A stretch of DNA of 64,000 nucleotides from the sequence record OR620964.1; one strand, given 5' to 3'. Of the stretch, positions 18,083-28,254 are shown in pieces. A program made the position numbers and the translations under genes. The notes under the pieces were generated by a model, which had not been told where the DNA came from, did no database searches, and worked only from the letters and a program-made list of their open reading frames with translations. Position 1 is the stretch's first letter; the number at the start of each line of letters is the position of its first letter.

Positions 18083-18382
18083 ATGGCAATTTCTCGCAAG
18101 AAAGCAATTCAGATTATGGTAGACACGTATTCAGCAAAGCATAATGAAATTCAAATCCGCCTGATGGCCGAGTATATGGATGCAAAAGATTTGTTTCCAT
18201 TACGTGAAAGTTTGATTGAGGCTATCATGCGTGGCGTGAATCCATCTGATGCTGTTGAAGATGTTATTGATACTGCAATCCGTTTGCGTGACATCGAGCG
18301 CCGGACTTCTAATTCCTATGTACCACAACTGCGTGATGTGATCAGTCCTGAACTACGTGCGGAACTGAATCGCCTCAACTAA
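18083..18382 (+). CDS. hypothetical protein
   Basis: AGGA RBS. Confidence 0.75.
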   Translation: MAISRKKAIQIMVDTYSAKHNEIQIRLMAEYMDAKDLFPLRESLIEAIMRGVNPSDAVEDVIDTAIRLRDIERRTSNSYVPQLRDVISPELRAELNRLN

Positions 18383-18410
18383 ACTGACTGAGGGCGTGCG
18401 TCGCCCTCTT

Positions 18411-18749
18411 ATGGAAAACAAAATGCCAATTATTACTGATGTTGAATATGATGCAATGTCCGTACAGGAGCGTGAGCATATTCGTAAGAAACTCGCTGAG
18501 TCTGTAGGTCTACCTGACTGCACTTATGAGATCTCGAACGAAGGTGCGTTTCGCATTCACTTTACTCAAGGTACAACTGTAGGCCGTATTGCGTTTCCGT
18601 CTAAGCTGGGTGAAAAGCCAACTGATGGCTACGCAGTTCTCATTCTGGATGATTTGTTCCAAGCTGTTAGTCTTATTCCCAACAAAGACGATGCACTAGC
18701 CAATGTTACAATCTTCATAAAAGAAACGATGTTAAGAGGAATTCTGTGA
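18411..18749 (+). CDS. hypothetical protein
   Basis: ORF in gene run; start may be 18423. Confidence 0.65.
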   Translation: MENKMPIITDVEYDAMSVQEREHIRKKLAESVGLPDCTYEISNEGAFRIHFTQGTTVGRIAFPSKLGEKPTDGYAVLILDDLFQAVSLIPNKDDALANVTIFIKETMLRGIL

Positions 18750-19243
18750 TGAAGAAGTCTACAAAGAAAACTCTGGCACGTATCGCGGTTGGTGTTGCCG
18801 CTGTTGCATCTGCTGTCGGCATTGTAATGATGATCGGCAAAGCATCTAACAGCAAGACGCATGACGCTAGTGCTTTTACTCATGGACTAAAAGTTATTGG
18901 CGATACTGTGTGTAGTCTGGCAGGTAAAGATGGTAGCATGTACGCTGGTGCTACTGTCGTTGCTGCCGTTCCGTTCACTGCTGCTGAGGCCGCAGGATGT
19001 GTTGTTGAGGCATATTGTTCGGAGGATAATCCAATTCTGTTTGTTGAAGTGCCTACTCCGGGCGGTACTCCACCCTCAGGTACAACTGTAGATGTTGAGT
19101 CTGCTACTGAGACTGTATGTGAGAGTACGCCCATCTACGAGCCTACGAACAACGGTGAAGTGACTAAGGCAACCAATGATCCAGCCAAAATCCTCTTTAT
19201 CGAGTTACGAAAATACATAGATGCCGCTAATAGCGCCGCATAA
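18746..19243 (+). CDS. membrane-anchored or secreted protein
   Basis: Basic N-terminus followed by hydrophobic IAVGVAAVASAVGIVMMIG. Confidence 0.7.
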   Translation: MMKKSTKKTLARIAVGVAAVASAVGIVMMIGKASNSKTHDASAFTHGLKVIGDTVCSLAGKDGSMYAGATVVAAVPFTAAEAAGCVVEAYCSEDNPILFVEVPTPGGTPPSGTTVDVESATETVCESTPIYEPTNNGEVTKATNDPAKILFIELRKYIDAANSAA

Positions 19244-19886
19244 ACTTAATCAAGCGCTAGGAAGTTCTGGCGCTTTTATTCTGACTCTGCGTGGGTCAGT
19301 CCCCAATAACATGCGAGGCTATATCGTGGATAATGTAGAGTTAAGTTTACTTACTGCCTTGGCTTCATCTAGGATGAATGCGGCATATCAAGGAGAGGAA
19401 CAAAGAATAAGGTCGATAGTAGAACTGACCACGTACATACGAATGGAAATCGGTGGGCCTTTGCCTATGACTGAGGAGTCTGCTAGTCTACTGAATGGCA
19501 TCTATGACGATCTATTTTGCCAGAGTGCTGATATCGTTATGACACTAAATCACCGACTCATGTTATTGGATGGACTATTTGAGCAACGTGTCCGTGATAA
19601 GATTGGACAAGGTTACTTACGGCCACATCTATTGGCTTTTGATCAGCTGGAGGAACTGGGTTTCTATCGGATGCTCAACGTAAATTCACCAGGTCTGTAC
19701 GCCATTCCCTACTACCTGAAATCCTTTATTCATGACTCCTATCCTCTGATGTCTGAGACTGGAGAAGTGTCTAGTCTTACAATGACAGATATTGTTACTA
19801 CAAAAATTGAGTCACATATGCCTGTGTACGTATATGCTCGTGGCGAAATGCCACTTACAATTAAAATCAATTATATAGGAAATTAA
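19221..19886 (+). CDS. hypothetical protein
   Basis: 221-aa ORF. Confidence 0.65.
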   Translation: MPLIAPHKLNQALGSSGAFILTLRGSVPNNMRGYIVDNVELSLLTALASSRMNAAYQGEEQRIRSIVELTTYIRMEIGGPLPMTEESASLLNGIYDDLFCQSADIVMTLNHRLMLLDGLFEQRVRDKIGQGYLRPHLLAFDQLEELGFYRMLNVNSPGLYAIPYYLKSFIHDSYPLMSETGEVSSLTMTDIVTTKIESHMPVYVYARGEMPLTIKINYIGN

Positions 19887-19887
19887 A

Positions 19888-20313
19888 ATGGGCTGCTATA
19901 AAGAAATTTCATATACTGAATTCCCTGCACAATCTCGTAACATCGGAGAGAAAGTAGTTGTACTGGACTCTCATGGCAATGTCCTTCTTGCTTCTGTGTT
20001 ACGCCGCGATATGACGTTTCCTTTCCGTACTATCTGGCAAGCAAAGCGGCCGGACGGACGTAGCGTTATCTTCGATAACCGTAGCCTGAAAGCACATCCT
20101 GAGGTGAACGTTATGGAATTGGAGATAGGCACCAGCGGTACCTATGAGGGTCGAAAGATCGAAGTAATATTCCAATACGATACGAACAACATCACACCCG
20201 CAGTATGTATATTCGATCGCGGCCCAATAACGCTATTCAAGTTACTGGAAGGTCCTAATGCTGGAATGATAGTTCATGCTAATGAGTGTCAGTATTCACC
20301 TGTACGTGCTTAA
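19888..20313 (+). CDS. hypothetical protein
   Basis: AGGA RBS. Confidence 0.7.
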   Translation: MGCYKEISYTEFPAQSRNIGEKVVVLDSHGNVLLASVLRRDMTFPFRTIWQAKRPDGRSVIFDNRSLKAHPEVNVMELEIGTSGTYEGRKIEVIFQYDTNNITPAVCIFDRGPITLFKLLEGPNAGMIVHANECQYSPVRA

Positions 20314-20358
20314 TTCTGTAAATATAAAACAAGACAACAATTGACAAGGAAATAAAAC

Positions 20359-20919
20359 ATGAGCTTTAAAATTGTTCCAGACCTGGCAATGTATCCTGAC
20401 TTCATTACACCTAAACGCGGATCTGCATATTCTGCTGGTATCGATGTATTTGCCCAGCAAGATGTACGCGTGACCAAGAACAGCACTATGATTAACCTTG
20501 GCTTCAAGGCTTCTATTCCTGCTGGATACGGCGCGTTCCTGCTTCCTCGGTCTGGCTATGGATCTAAGTACGGCTTAGCACTGTCCAATACAATTGGACT
20601 ATTAGATCCAGACTATCGCGGATACTGGATGGCCAGTGTTTGGCTGAATGGTGCAGGTTCTAAAATCGATAGTCTTACTCAAGACCAATTGAAGTTTAAG
20701 CAATGTCTAAAACTGCGTATGGATAACGGTGAGACACTGACGCAGGAAGACTATGAAACTTACCTGCGTGATACATTCCTGTTGATTCCACGCGGCGAAG
20801 CTATTGGCCAGTTGGTATTTATGCGCACTGAGCAATGGGAAGCAGAGATCGTTACGGAGCTTGATGCTACAGTACGTGGCGAGGGTGGATTTGGTTCTAC
20901 TAACAAAGTGAAGCACTAA
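20359..20919 (+). CDS. dut: trimeric dUTPase with an insertion between motifs III and IV
   Basis: SAGIDV (I), PRSG (II), GLLDPDYRG (III), GEAIGQL (IV), RGEGGFGST (V). Confidence 0.95.
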   Translation: MSFKIVPDLAMYPDFITPKRGSAYSAGIDVFAQQDVRVTKNSTMINLGFKASIPAGYGAFLLPRSGYGSKYGLALSNTIGLLDPDYRGYWMASVWLNGAGSKIDSLTQDQLKFKQCLKLRMDNGETLTQEDYETYLRDTFLLIPRGEAIGQLVFMRTEQWEAEIVTELDATVRGEGGFGSTNKVKH

Positions 20920-21140
20920 TGATTCTAGCCACGCTGATCGCCTACTACATCGTAGGCATTGTTTCTTTCATCCGTCGGGGATTTATTCTGCCTGAAGATC
21001 CAACCAAAATGGATAAGATGATTCAAGAGGCGCGTAGAATGAAAGTCTGGCAGCATGTTATCGCAGCAACGGCACTATTAGTATATGTTCTTCTGTGGCT
21101 AATACCGAGTTGGCCACTACAGGACAGCAGGAAGGCGTAA
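20919..21140 (+). CDS. small membrane protein
   Basis: Two hydrophobic segments; TAATG overlap. Confidence 0.65.
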   Translation: MILATLIAYYIVGIVSFIRRGFILPEDPTKMDKMIQEARRMKVWQHVIAATALLVYVLLWLIPSWPLQDSRKA

Positions 21141-21199
21141 CGTCTGCGTGACGTTATTTGACGCAATGCTTCATCTATTCTAATTTTAAGGAACACACT

Positions 21200-21775
21200 A
21201 TGTTTATCGTCAATTCTATTGATACGATGCACGAACTGATTCTGATGCAAACTGCTTTATTAAAATCTAGTCCGATGGATGCGTTGCGCCAGCCTGATTC
21301 CTATACGGTGTTTCATGTACCTGCAAATATTCCTCGTGGCACATGCACTGTAACTGGCGATTCTGCTAAGGCCATGCTTCGCGCATACGTCAATGCAAGT
21401 TTCTTTAAAACGTTGCGTCGTGTAGTCTCATTGCCCGACGGGAATTACATGCCACTTATTATTCCCGTCTGCTATCACTTTAGTGACATCTTCTATATAA
21501 ACCCCAGCCCGAATCTAGGAGGTGTAGCCTGTGCTGAACTACAGGTTCCTTATGAGGAATACTTCAATAGAAAGCTAGGCGCAGAGAAGACACTCGACCT
21601 AAATGAAATCCTCCAAGGTGTGTCCTATACGTTTCTTGTGTCTCGCATGGCGCTTGATGCCTATGAGGTGCATGGTGCTGTATTAGGCAATACACCGATC
21701 AACCGGATTGTTAGATGGCGTAATACACATAGCTGGAATGGAATAACCAACGCAGTCCAGACCAAGTATGAGTAG
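21200..21775 (+). CDS. hypothetical protein
   Basis: AAGGA RBS; ATG at 21200. Confidence 0.7.
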   Translation: MFIVNSIDTMHELILMQTALLKSSPMDALRQPDSYTVFHVPANIPRGTCTVTGDSAKAMLRAYVNASFFKTLRRVVSLPDGNYMPLIIPVCYHFSDIFYINPSPNLGGVACAELQVPYEEYFNRKLGAEKTLDLNEILQGVSYTFLVSRMALDAYEVHGAVLGNTPINRIVRWRNTHSWNGITNAVQTKYE

Positions 21776-22049
21776 CCTGCGCAAAGAAAGCCCTTTGAAG
21801 AATCTTAGGGCTGTTCTGTTCTACTACGCAAATAAGAATCCAAAAGAATACAAGGAGGTATTCAGCCACTACATGGAACTGAGTCTCGCAAAGATGAGAA
21901 AAGAAAGATTCTTTGTAGGAAGACTCTTTGGCTACCGAGCAGGCAAGTACCAAGTCATATGGATTGACCCGTACAATTATGATTGCCTTGTATTAGATAA
22001 AAAGAAGAGGAAAGCACTATACGTTAACTTTTATGGCCTGATTAGTTGA
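21768..22049 (+). CDS. small basic hypothetical protein
   Basis: Overlapping ORF. Confidence 0.55.
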   Translation: MSSLRKESPLKNLRAVLFYYANKNPKEYKEVFSHYMELSLAKMRKERFFVGRLFGYRAGKYQVIWIDPYNYDCLVLDKKKRKALYVNFYGLIS

Positions 22050-22089
22050 TTAGGTACTAGCGCCGATACACACTAGGAGAGTTACTCAC

Positions 22090-22758
22090 ATGATTTTAAC
22101 CCTAAACAATTACCAAGATGAGGTATTACGCCGCATAGCGCTTACCATATGGACACTTGTTGCCGTAGCGTTTATGTTCCTGCTCGTTATCTACAGTCAA
22201 AAGGCTTGGTCGAGTTATTCAACTGAATCTAATCGTATTCAGTTGGAGCAACATTCTCTCAATCCAGAGGGAAAGGTTGCTCTGCAATATCTCATTGACG
22301 AAGAGAAGAAGCGAGAAAGATCATATGCGTTAAAGGTAAGCCCGATACACAAACGATTAACCACCGTATACGCACACCTGCCCAAGCCTGACGGCCTTGC
22401 GCTGGAATTTGATAGAGCTGCCAAGAAGTGGGGTGTAGATGCCAAACTACTTGTATCAATGTGCGTTGCTGAATCTCACTTCCGCACCAAGGTTAGATCT
22501 GGTGCTGGCGCAGTAGGAATGTGTCAAGTCATCCCGCGGTATCATGGTACTACAGCGAAAGCGATGTTGGACTATCGACTAAACATCGACAAGGCTGGAC
22601 AGATACTTGCGGATTATACGAAACAATGCAAAGGCAATACACGTTGCGCAATACAGGCATACAATGTTGGAATAACAGCGTATAAGAAAGGAAAGCGTGC
22701 CCCAGCTTACTTAGCGAATGTCAAACGCGAATATGGGAAACGTACTGGCCCCTCATGA
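22090..22758 (+). CDS. lytic transglycosylase (SLT domain) with an N-terminal membrane anchor
   Basis: AESHF (catalytic Glu), SGAGAVGMCQVIP, AIQAYNVG; N-terminal TM segment. Confidence 0.9.
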   Translation: MILTLNNYQDEVLRRIALTIWTLVAVAFMFLLVIYSQKAWSSYSTESNRIQLEQHSLNPEGKVALQYLIDEEKKRERSYALKVSPIHKRLTTVYAHLPKPDGLALEFDRAAKKWGVDAKLLVSMCVAESHFRTKVRSGAGAVGMCQVIPRYHGTTAKAMLDYRLNIDKAGQILADYTKQCKGNTRCAIQAYNVGITAYKKGKRAPAYLANVKREYGKRTGPS

Positions 22759-23348
22759 GGAATAATGAAATGACAATTAACTTTGAAGAACTGTTTACCG
22801 TACAGGTTGAGATCTTGAAATCGTTTAGCCCTAAGCAAGAATATGCGATGCTCAATCTCAAACTGGATTCTGATGTGTCGCAAGACGTTGTGTTCTTGGC
22901 ACAAAACGTTTTGCATAGCTTCCCGACATTCGCCAAGATGTATGATGGTTTCGCCGCACATAACCATGACGATTCTGTCTGCCCATTTATTGTGCCTGTG
23001 TCTGATAGTGATAGCGTCATGGCAGATATCCTTGATACGCAGAACGGTCAGTTAGTTGTTAGTTCCGCACTCATGTTGGTATTGAACTACGCGTATGAAC
23101 GTATACCAAAGCGTGAATATACTCTCGACGAGATCGACCAACTTAAGCATATGTCTCTCGAAGAACTCGCATCACCTGTTAATCATGGATCTAATGTCAC
23201 AGGCCAGATAGTGAATGCGATTGTTGCAGGATTGCGCTTCGGTAATGAACCAATAGTTATTCGTCCTACGCCTAAACAACGTGCTGCTCGATGGAATAGA
23301 GTGATTAGCAATTCTACCCTTGCTAAACTATTCTTCGTTGCTGCTTAA
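22755..23348 (+). CDS. hypothetical protein
   Basis: 197-aa ORF followed by a terminator. Confidence 0.7.
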   Translation: MRNNEMTINFEELFTVQVEILKSFSPKQEYAMLNLKLDSDVSQDVVFLAQNVLHSFPTFAKMYDGFAAHNHDDSVCPFIVPVSDSDSVMADILDTQNGQLVVSSALMLVLNYAYERIPKREYTLDEIDQLKHMSLEELASPVNHGSNVTGQIVNAIVAGLRFGNEPIVIRPTPKQRAARWNRVISNSTLAKLFFVAA

Positions 23349-23355
23349 CATTAAC

Positions 23356-23385
23356 GGGGAGCCTCAGGGTTCCCCATTTTTATTT
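23356..23385 (+). terminator. intrinsic terminator
   Basis: GGGGAGCC-TCAG-GGTTCCCC followed by ATTTTT. Confidence 0.8.
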
Positions 23386-23405
23386 CTACACGCAAGGTAT
23401 AAACC

Positions 23406-24092
23406 ATGTTTCATCCTACTGCAAAAATGCGTTCTGTACATTTTCAGCATATGATCAACTCATTAGAGTTACAGGCTATGTGGGATTATATTCAGGAAAA
23501 TAATATCTCAGGTAGTAGCGACAATTACCACAGCACTGAGCACATGGCGCAAGTAGCATTGATTGCTCATGAGATTCTTCGCTATGAACCACACGTAGGA
23601 AAAGAGTCACCTGAAGAGACGTTATTCATCACGGTAGTTGCCTGTCTGTTTCATGATATGGGTCATTCGTTGGGCGACCAGACAGATGAATATAATATCA
23701 TGGAAGCTATCATTTCTTTCCGCATCTGGTGCAGACAGCCTAGCATCGGTACAAGATTCTTCCTGCATGCCGCAGCAATAGAGAGCGCTATCCGTATAAC
23801 GGAGTTTCCATACAGCGATAAACGTAAGCCTATAACGCTTTCTCATAAAGTTATCCGCGATGCAGATATTCTGTACGGCCTTCAATTTGATTCTCGCTCT
23901 ACTGTACTGCACAAGCTGCGTAAAGAAATGGCGCGGTCCAAACCTGTATATACAGATATGTCTCACACTGACTATGTGAATAGCCGTATAGACTTCTTAC
24001 GTACAGTTGAGCTATTCACGCAATACGGTACAGAGCTATTCAATGCACAGATCGCGCCGCATACCGCAGCGATTATCTCGGAGCGCATCTAA
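23406..24092 (+). CDS. HD-domain phosphohydrolase
   Basis: YHSTEH, CLFHDMGH, IRDADI. Confidence 0.85.
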   Translation: MFHPTAKMRSVHFQHMINSLELQAMWDYIQENNISGSSDNYHSTEHMAQVALIAHEILRYEPHVGKESPEETLFITVVACLFHDMGHSLGDQTDEYNIMEAIISFRIWCRQPSIGTRFFLHAAAIESAIRITEFPYSDKRKPITLSHKVIRDADILYGLQFDSRSTVLHKLRKEMARSKPVYTDMSHTDYVNSRIDFLRTVELFTQYGTELFNAQIAPHTAAIISERI

Positions 24093-24186
24093 GTAAATCT
24101 TCGGCTATGTTCAAGGTAGCATGATACGACACCGTATGCTATAATAACTGCACAGCATATTATGTTGCATGTAAGAGGTATGATGT

Positions 24187-24660
24187 ATGGTATTTAACGA
24201 ATGTGATAATCTACTCGTCACACGCCCCTCCGATTCTTCTATAGTAACTTCTGCATTACGTGTCAGGGCTATATTGTACCCTACCAAGATGTGGGAGAAT
24301 ACCGAAGAGCTGATGACCAGACATAAAGAGGAACTGCCTGAGCATATGAAAAGTGCTCGATATCTTTATGCGCTGTCACCAGCTGGGCATAGAATGACAA
24401 CACCAGATTTGCTGCATCTGATCTCGGATAGCACTATATCTGGATCTGTTTATGACACCTTTCGTAGTGCTAACAAAGATCAATGTGTCGCACTTACTAG
24501 ATCCATTATTGTGTCTTATCTAGAAGGTCACGGTGATACGCAGACAGATGTAACCGTGACTGTTTACGACTTTCCAGTAGAGGACAGCCCGTTCACTAAG
24601 GTAACTGTTATGACACTGCATGACTGCGGAGAAACTAACTGTTTGGTGAGTTTAGGTTAA
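24187..24660 (+). CDS. hypothetical protein
   Basis: GAGG RBS. Confidence 0.65.
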   Translation: MVFNECDNLLVTRPSDSSIVTSALRVRAILYPTKMWENTEELMTRHKEELPEHMKSARYLYALSPAGHRMTTPDLLHLISDSTISGSVYDTFRSANKDQCVALTRSIIVSYLEGHGDTQTDVTVTVYDFPVEDSPFTKVTVMTLHDCGETNCLVSLG

Positions 24661-24669
24661 GGGAAGAAT

Positions 24670-24969
24670 ATGATACCAAGTGTTGTCTGCACCAAAGCAG
24701 ACCTAGAGAAGTATCCAGATATGCGCCACTTTATGGCAGTTCGATGTATGGACGATCATACTGCACTTATTGTCGACCGAGAGCAATTTGCTTTTGCTGA
24801 ACATAAGTTGAGCGGTAAATCGGATAAGGAAATTTACCTTATGTTCTCAGGCAGACGTATGTCAATCGATTATACAGCACTGATGTGGCGTAGAATCAAT
24901 AACTGGCGGTTCTATCCATTCATCTATGCGGGTGATTTATTTGTCTTAGGTCTGGAGGACATCGAATGA
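24670..24969 (+). CDS. hypothetical protein
   Basis: ORF in gene run. Confidence 0.65.
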   Translation: MIPSVVCTKADLEKYPDMRHFMAVRCMDDHTALIVDREQFAFAEHKLSGKSDKEIYLMFSGRRMSIDYTALMWRRINNWRFYPFIYAGDLFVLGLEDIE

Positions 24970-25319
24970 CGTATAAACATGTAGTGGCCTGCCTAACAGA
25001 AGTAACACTGACGACAGACCTAAATAAACGAAAGTTGAATCCTATTCATGGCAAATCTTATTTCTGGGGATCAGTTCAACTGGCGCTAGCCAATAACAGT
25101 AGTGATATACAAACTATAGTATATGTAACTAGCTTAACAGAAGGGTCCATGACAGTTCACGTTAGAACGGCTTTGGACGATAAGATTATGACACCCGCTA
25201 TGTTGATGGAGGAACATGCAGGTACGCTGGCTTTCGTCCGACGCATAGCAGTTAAAATGAAACTAAACTTTTCTAGTTTTTTGATTGCGCAACGATACTC
25301 AGGTTATGAGGACATGTAA
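24966..25319 (+). CDS. hypothetical protein
   Basis: GGAGG RBS, ATGA overlap. Confidence 0.65.
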   Translation: MTYKHVVACLTEVTLTTDLNKRKLNPIHGKSYFWGSVQLALANNSSDIQTIVYVTSLTEGSMTVHVRTALDDKIMTPAMLMEEHAGTLAFVRRIAVKMKLNFSSFLIAQRYSGYEDM

Positions 25320-25486
25320 TGAAGTACGCCATGTGTACATGGATCTTAGGTAGCAGTATCTTCTTCCTACTCCGTATAACAAAAGTTATCACTGGCCAAG
25401 TTGCATCGGTATACGCACTGATTGTTCTAGTGATTATTACCATCATAGTTATCCTGTGGCATACGTTCGGCCACGTTAAAGATTAA
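25319..25486 (+). CDS. small membrane protein (55 aa, not in the ORF track)
   Basis: GAGGA RBS, TAATG overlap; MKYAMCTWILGSSIFFLL...YALIVLVIITIIVILWHTFGHVKD*. Confidence 0.6.
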   Translation: MKYAMCTWILGSSIFFLLRITKVITGQVASVYALIVLVIITIIVILWHTFGHVKD

Positions 25487-25541
25487 TAAAATAACCTGTC
25501 AGCGTCTATATCAGTACGCTGCATGAAAGAGGAAATTCATA

Positions 25542-26009
25542 ATGAGTAAACAAGAAAAGCGTTCCAAGAAACAAAAGAAACTTACCAAGCTGCTTAACGC
25601 CCAGTCTATTTTGATTAGCACTGCAATTCGCTTAATGATGCAGGGCACGGAAGAAGCAACTACAGAGCTTGCTATCAACTACAGAGATCAAGAGTATCTC
25701 ATTCCTATGAAGCGCCCTCATGATATGTTGATTGTTACGCGTGAGATTACAAAAGAAGGTAAGATTAAAATCTCGGCGAAACTCCAAGACACTCTTAAAA
25801 AGCGCATTCGTGCTGTATTGAAGCAAAGTAAGGAAATGCTACTGACTGCCCACGATGGAACCTCGGATTTTGCAGCAATAGAATTAGGGCAGTGGAAGAA
25901 ACTAATCAAAGCCGCAGAACTTGAAATGCGTGTGCTGTTTGTTGAAACACTTTTTGCCGAACGTATGGCAGATACTACATCTATTAAATACGACATTAAC
26001 TTAAAGTAA
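25542..26009 (+). CDS. hypothetical basic protein
   Basis: GAGGA RBS. Confidence 0.75.
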   Translation: MSKQEKRSKKQKKLTKLLNAQSILISTAIRLMMQGTEEATTELAINYRDQEYLIPMKRPHDMLIVTREITKEGKIKISAKLQDTLKKRIRAVLKQSKEMLLTAHDGTSDFAAIELGQWKKLIKAAELEMRVLFVETLFAERMADTTSIKYDINLK

Positions 26010-26019
26010 GGTGCTTATA

Positions 26020-26256
26020 ATGAAATTCCAAGAACTACCTCACAATCTGCAAATACGCTGCCTGATAACGATGCTGGCAGGAGCTATTGACTCTCTGACC
26101 GAAGGTGTGCCGGAAGATATTCAAAAAGAAGTATTGGTTCAAATCCTCGCTACTGCTGGTATTACTATCGAGGAATTCCAGAGCATGATTAATGACTACA
26201 CAAAGGAAGAGGATATAGCATTCTCGACATTCATGTTAATCCACTATAAAGAGTAG
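26020..26256 (+). CDS. hypothetical protein
   Basis: AAGG RBS. Confidence 0.65.
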   Translation: MKFQELPHNLQIRCLITMLAGAIDSLTEGVPEDIQKEVLVQILATAGITIEEFQSMINDYTKEEDIAFSTFMLIHYKE

Positions 26257-26264
26257 GCGTCTAG

Positions 26265-26321
26265 GTCTGCAAATGTGTGGCTAAAACAGCGCTTGAGTCT
26301 AGGCGCTGTTTGCTGTATAAT
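26265..26321 (+). promoter_or_regulatory. sigma70-like promoter with upstream box and overlapping inverted repeat
   Basis: GTCTGCAAATGTGTGGCTAAAAC; TTGAGT-17-TATAAT (26316); AAACAGCGC...GCGCTGTTT. Confidence 0.85.
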
Positions 26322-26359
26322 AATGAGACACACTACACTATCTTATTTTGGAGTAACTT

Positions 26360-26833
26360 ATGCCTGTAACAAATACATTTGATGAAGTCAGTGTCAAAGT
26401 ACAGAACGCACTGTATGAAGCAATTAAATCTGCGAGTGAACGCCGATCAGTACAACCGATAGACGTTGCTATTGCTGGCCTGAGAATGTTCCTCGTTTCT
26501 TGTGCGGAGCTAGAAACAGAAGTTCTTGCATTGAACTTTGCTCACAACGGAAAACCAGTAAAGCTGTCTCTATCATCTACTATCACGCCTGATAGCGATA
26601 GCGCCGAGTTTGTCTCCAATGAGATTAATCGTGAACACCAGATCAACATCATGGACGATATGCTTGATTATGCCGAAAGTCCTGACTTCGAGTTAGAGTG
26701 GGACTGGGCCGATATCTTGGTTGTGTCTGGCCGTGTATTCATGCTTGGCTACGAGAACATCGAAAATGCCACAGAGCTTCGCTTCCGTTGTAATAAAAAG
26801 AATTATACTTTCAATATTCGTGTAGAAAAATAA
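26360..26833 (+). CDS. hypothetical protein
   Basis: GGAG RBS. Confidence 0.75.
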   Translation: MPVTNTFDEVSVKVQNALYEAIKSASERRSVQPIDVAIAGLRMFLVSCAELETEVLALNFAHNGKPVKLSLSSTITPDSDSAEFVSNEINREHQINIMDDMLDYAESPDFELEWDWADILVVSGRVFMLGYENIENATELRFRCNKKNYTFNIRVEK

Positions 26834-26835
26834 AC

Positions 26836-27018
26836 ATGACCGTTAACGAACATATCCAGAAGTTAAAGCAGAGTGGCAAAATTCATATTGATGCTGCGCA
26901 AAAAGAATTAATTGCTGACCTTGATTTTGCATTACTGATTGCAGGTCTGACTGTCAATAAGAAAACAGTAGATGCTTTATCAGGAGGAACAAAAGTTAAA
27001 TATAGGATAGGACAATAG
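26836..27018 (+). CDS. small hypothetical protein
   Basis: 60-aa ORF. Confidence 0.55.
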   Translation: MTVNEHIQKLKQSGKIHIDAAQKELIADLDFALLIAGLTVNKKTVDALSGGTKVKYRIGQ

Positions 27019-27043
27019 GAAGCACCACTAGGGCATTTGCCCG

Positions 27044-27080
27044 GCGGCACATTTGGATTTCCCGTGTGCCGCTTCTTTTT
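27044..27080 (+). terminator. intrinsic terminator
   Basis: GCGGCACA...TGTGCCGC followed by TTCTTTTT. Confidence 0.7.
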
Positions 27081-27148
27081 AATGCATCTTTACTAGGGTT
27101 CATTAAAAAGAACACTACGATGAACTATCATGACTAGGAGCCGAGCTA

Positions 27149-27499
27149 ATGGCTAAACTTGAATTACGTACACCAGATGTTGTCGCACGTCTGATACTAC
27201 TGAATCAGCTGGCCTATGAGGCCGAGACAAAGAAACGTCTGCCTCGTGTAAGTTATACTTATGATAACCTGTTACTTATTACTGGCTTTGTGTCGAAGAT
27301 TCCTGAGCGCTATATCGCACTCCTCGACGAAGAACTCCGTGCATTCGGTTTTACTATTGTTGAAATTGATCGTACACACTATGGTGTAATGCGCACAGAC
27401 CAGTTCAATCAATGGCCCCGTGTTGGTCTGTCAAATGCTCTATGTAGAAAGCACCTGACAGTCGAAGAAATGGATAAAGTTTTGGAGAACATGCTATGA
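27149..27499 (+). CDS. hypothetical protein
   Basis: AGGAG RBS. Confidence 0.75.
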   Translation: MAKLELRTPDVVARLILLNQLAYEAETKKRLPRVSYTYDNLLLITGFVSKIPERYIALLDEELRAFGFTIVEIDRTHYGVMRTDQFNQWPRVGLSNALCRKHLTVEEMDKVLENML

Positions 27500-28254
27500 C
27501 CGTCTTACGTAATAAACAACTTTCCCCAAAGAAAGTTTCACGCGGACCTAAAGCTGCAAAGAAAAGCATCATCGAAGAGGTGCCCCTGTCTTTATATAGA
27601 GAGCAACGTGTAACGCAACGTGTAACAGATATGGAGCGCCTGTATGATGTTGTTGCTTCACTGTTGAAGCCGGAGCGTGTTCGTGGTATCAATTGTTTAA
27701 AAGTCGATAAGGCTGCTCTTGAGCGGAGACTAGACCTGCGCAATACTGCATACAGAAGAATACCGCTGCTTATTCAAGATCTCTTGGCAAAAGATGATTT
27801 TCGTGCGTTTCATGAACTTTGGATCTTATCTGATTTTGATAGTCAAACATTGTTATTCATTCGATTAAATCCAGACGAGGTTGTCATTCGTGCCCATCTG
27901 GATGGAATTGATATTACTCAAACCAAGGAACGCCTAGTTCAACCGCAGGAGTTTGTTCGGCCTGAGTTTAGCACCAATGTTAGTGCGCACAAGACTACGC
28001 CAGTTAGTAACGACTATGCTATTGTGTGCCAAGACGTCGCCGCACGTAAACTTAAAGGTGGTGATGTTGTTCTGACTGCTATAGAAGGTGATGACATCAT
28101 CCGTCAGCGTAAGATTAGAAATATTAGCAATGAAAGCGCACCTGATATCAACGTGTATTTTATTGATGGTAGCTCAATCAGCTATCGCTCCGGCGAGACA
28201 GCAACGCTAGTCGTTAGTAACGCCCGACCGTATACTGGAGTAGACCATGACTAA
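27496..28254 (+). CDS. hypothetical protein
   Basis: GGAG RBS, ATGA overlap. Confidence 0.75.
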   Translation: MTVLRNKQLSPKKVSRGPKAAKKSIIEEVPLSLYREQRVTQRVTDMERLYDVVASLLKPERVRGINCLKVDKAALERRLDLRNTAYRRIPLLIQDLLAKDDFRAFHELWILSDFDSQTLLFIRLNPDEVVIRAHLDGIDITQTKERLVQPQEFVRPEFSTNVSAHKTTPVSNDYAIVCQDVAARKLKGGDVVLTAIEGDDIIRQRKIRNISNESAPDINVYFIDGSSISYRSGETATLVVSNARPYTGVDHD

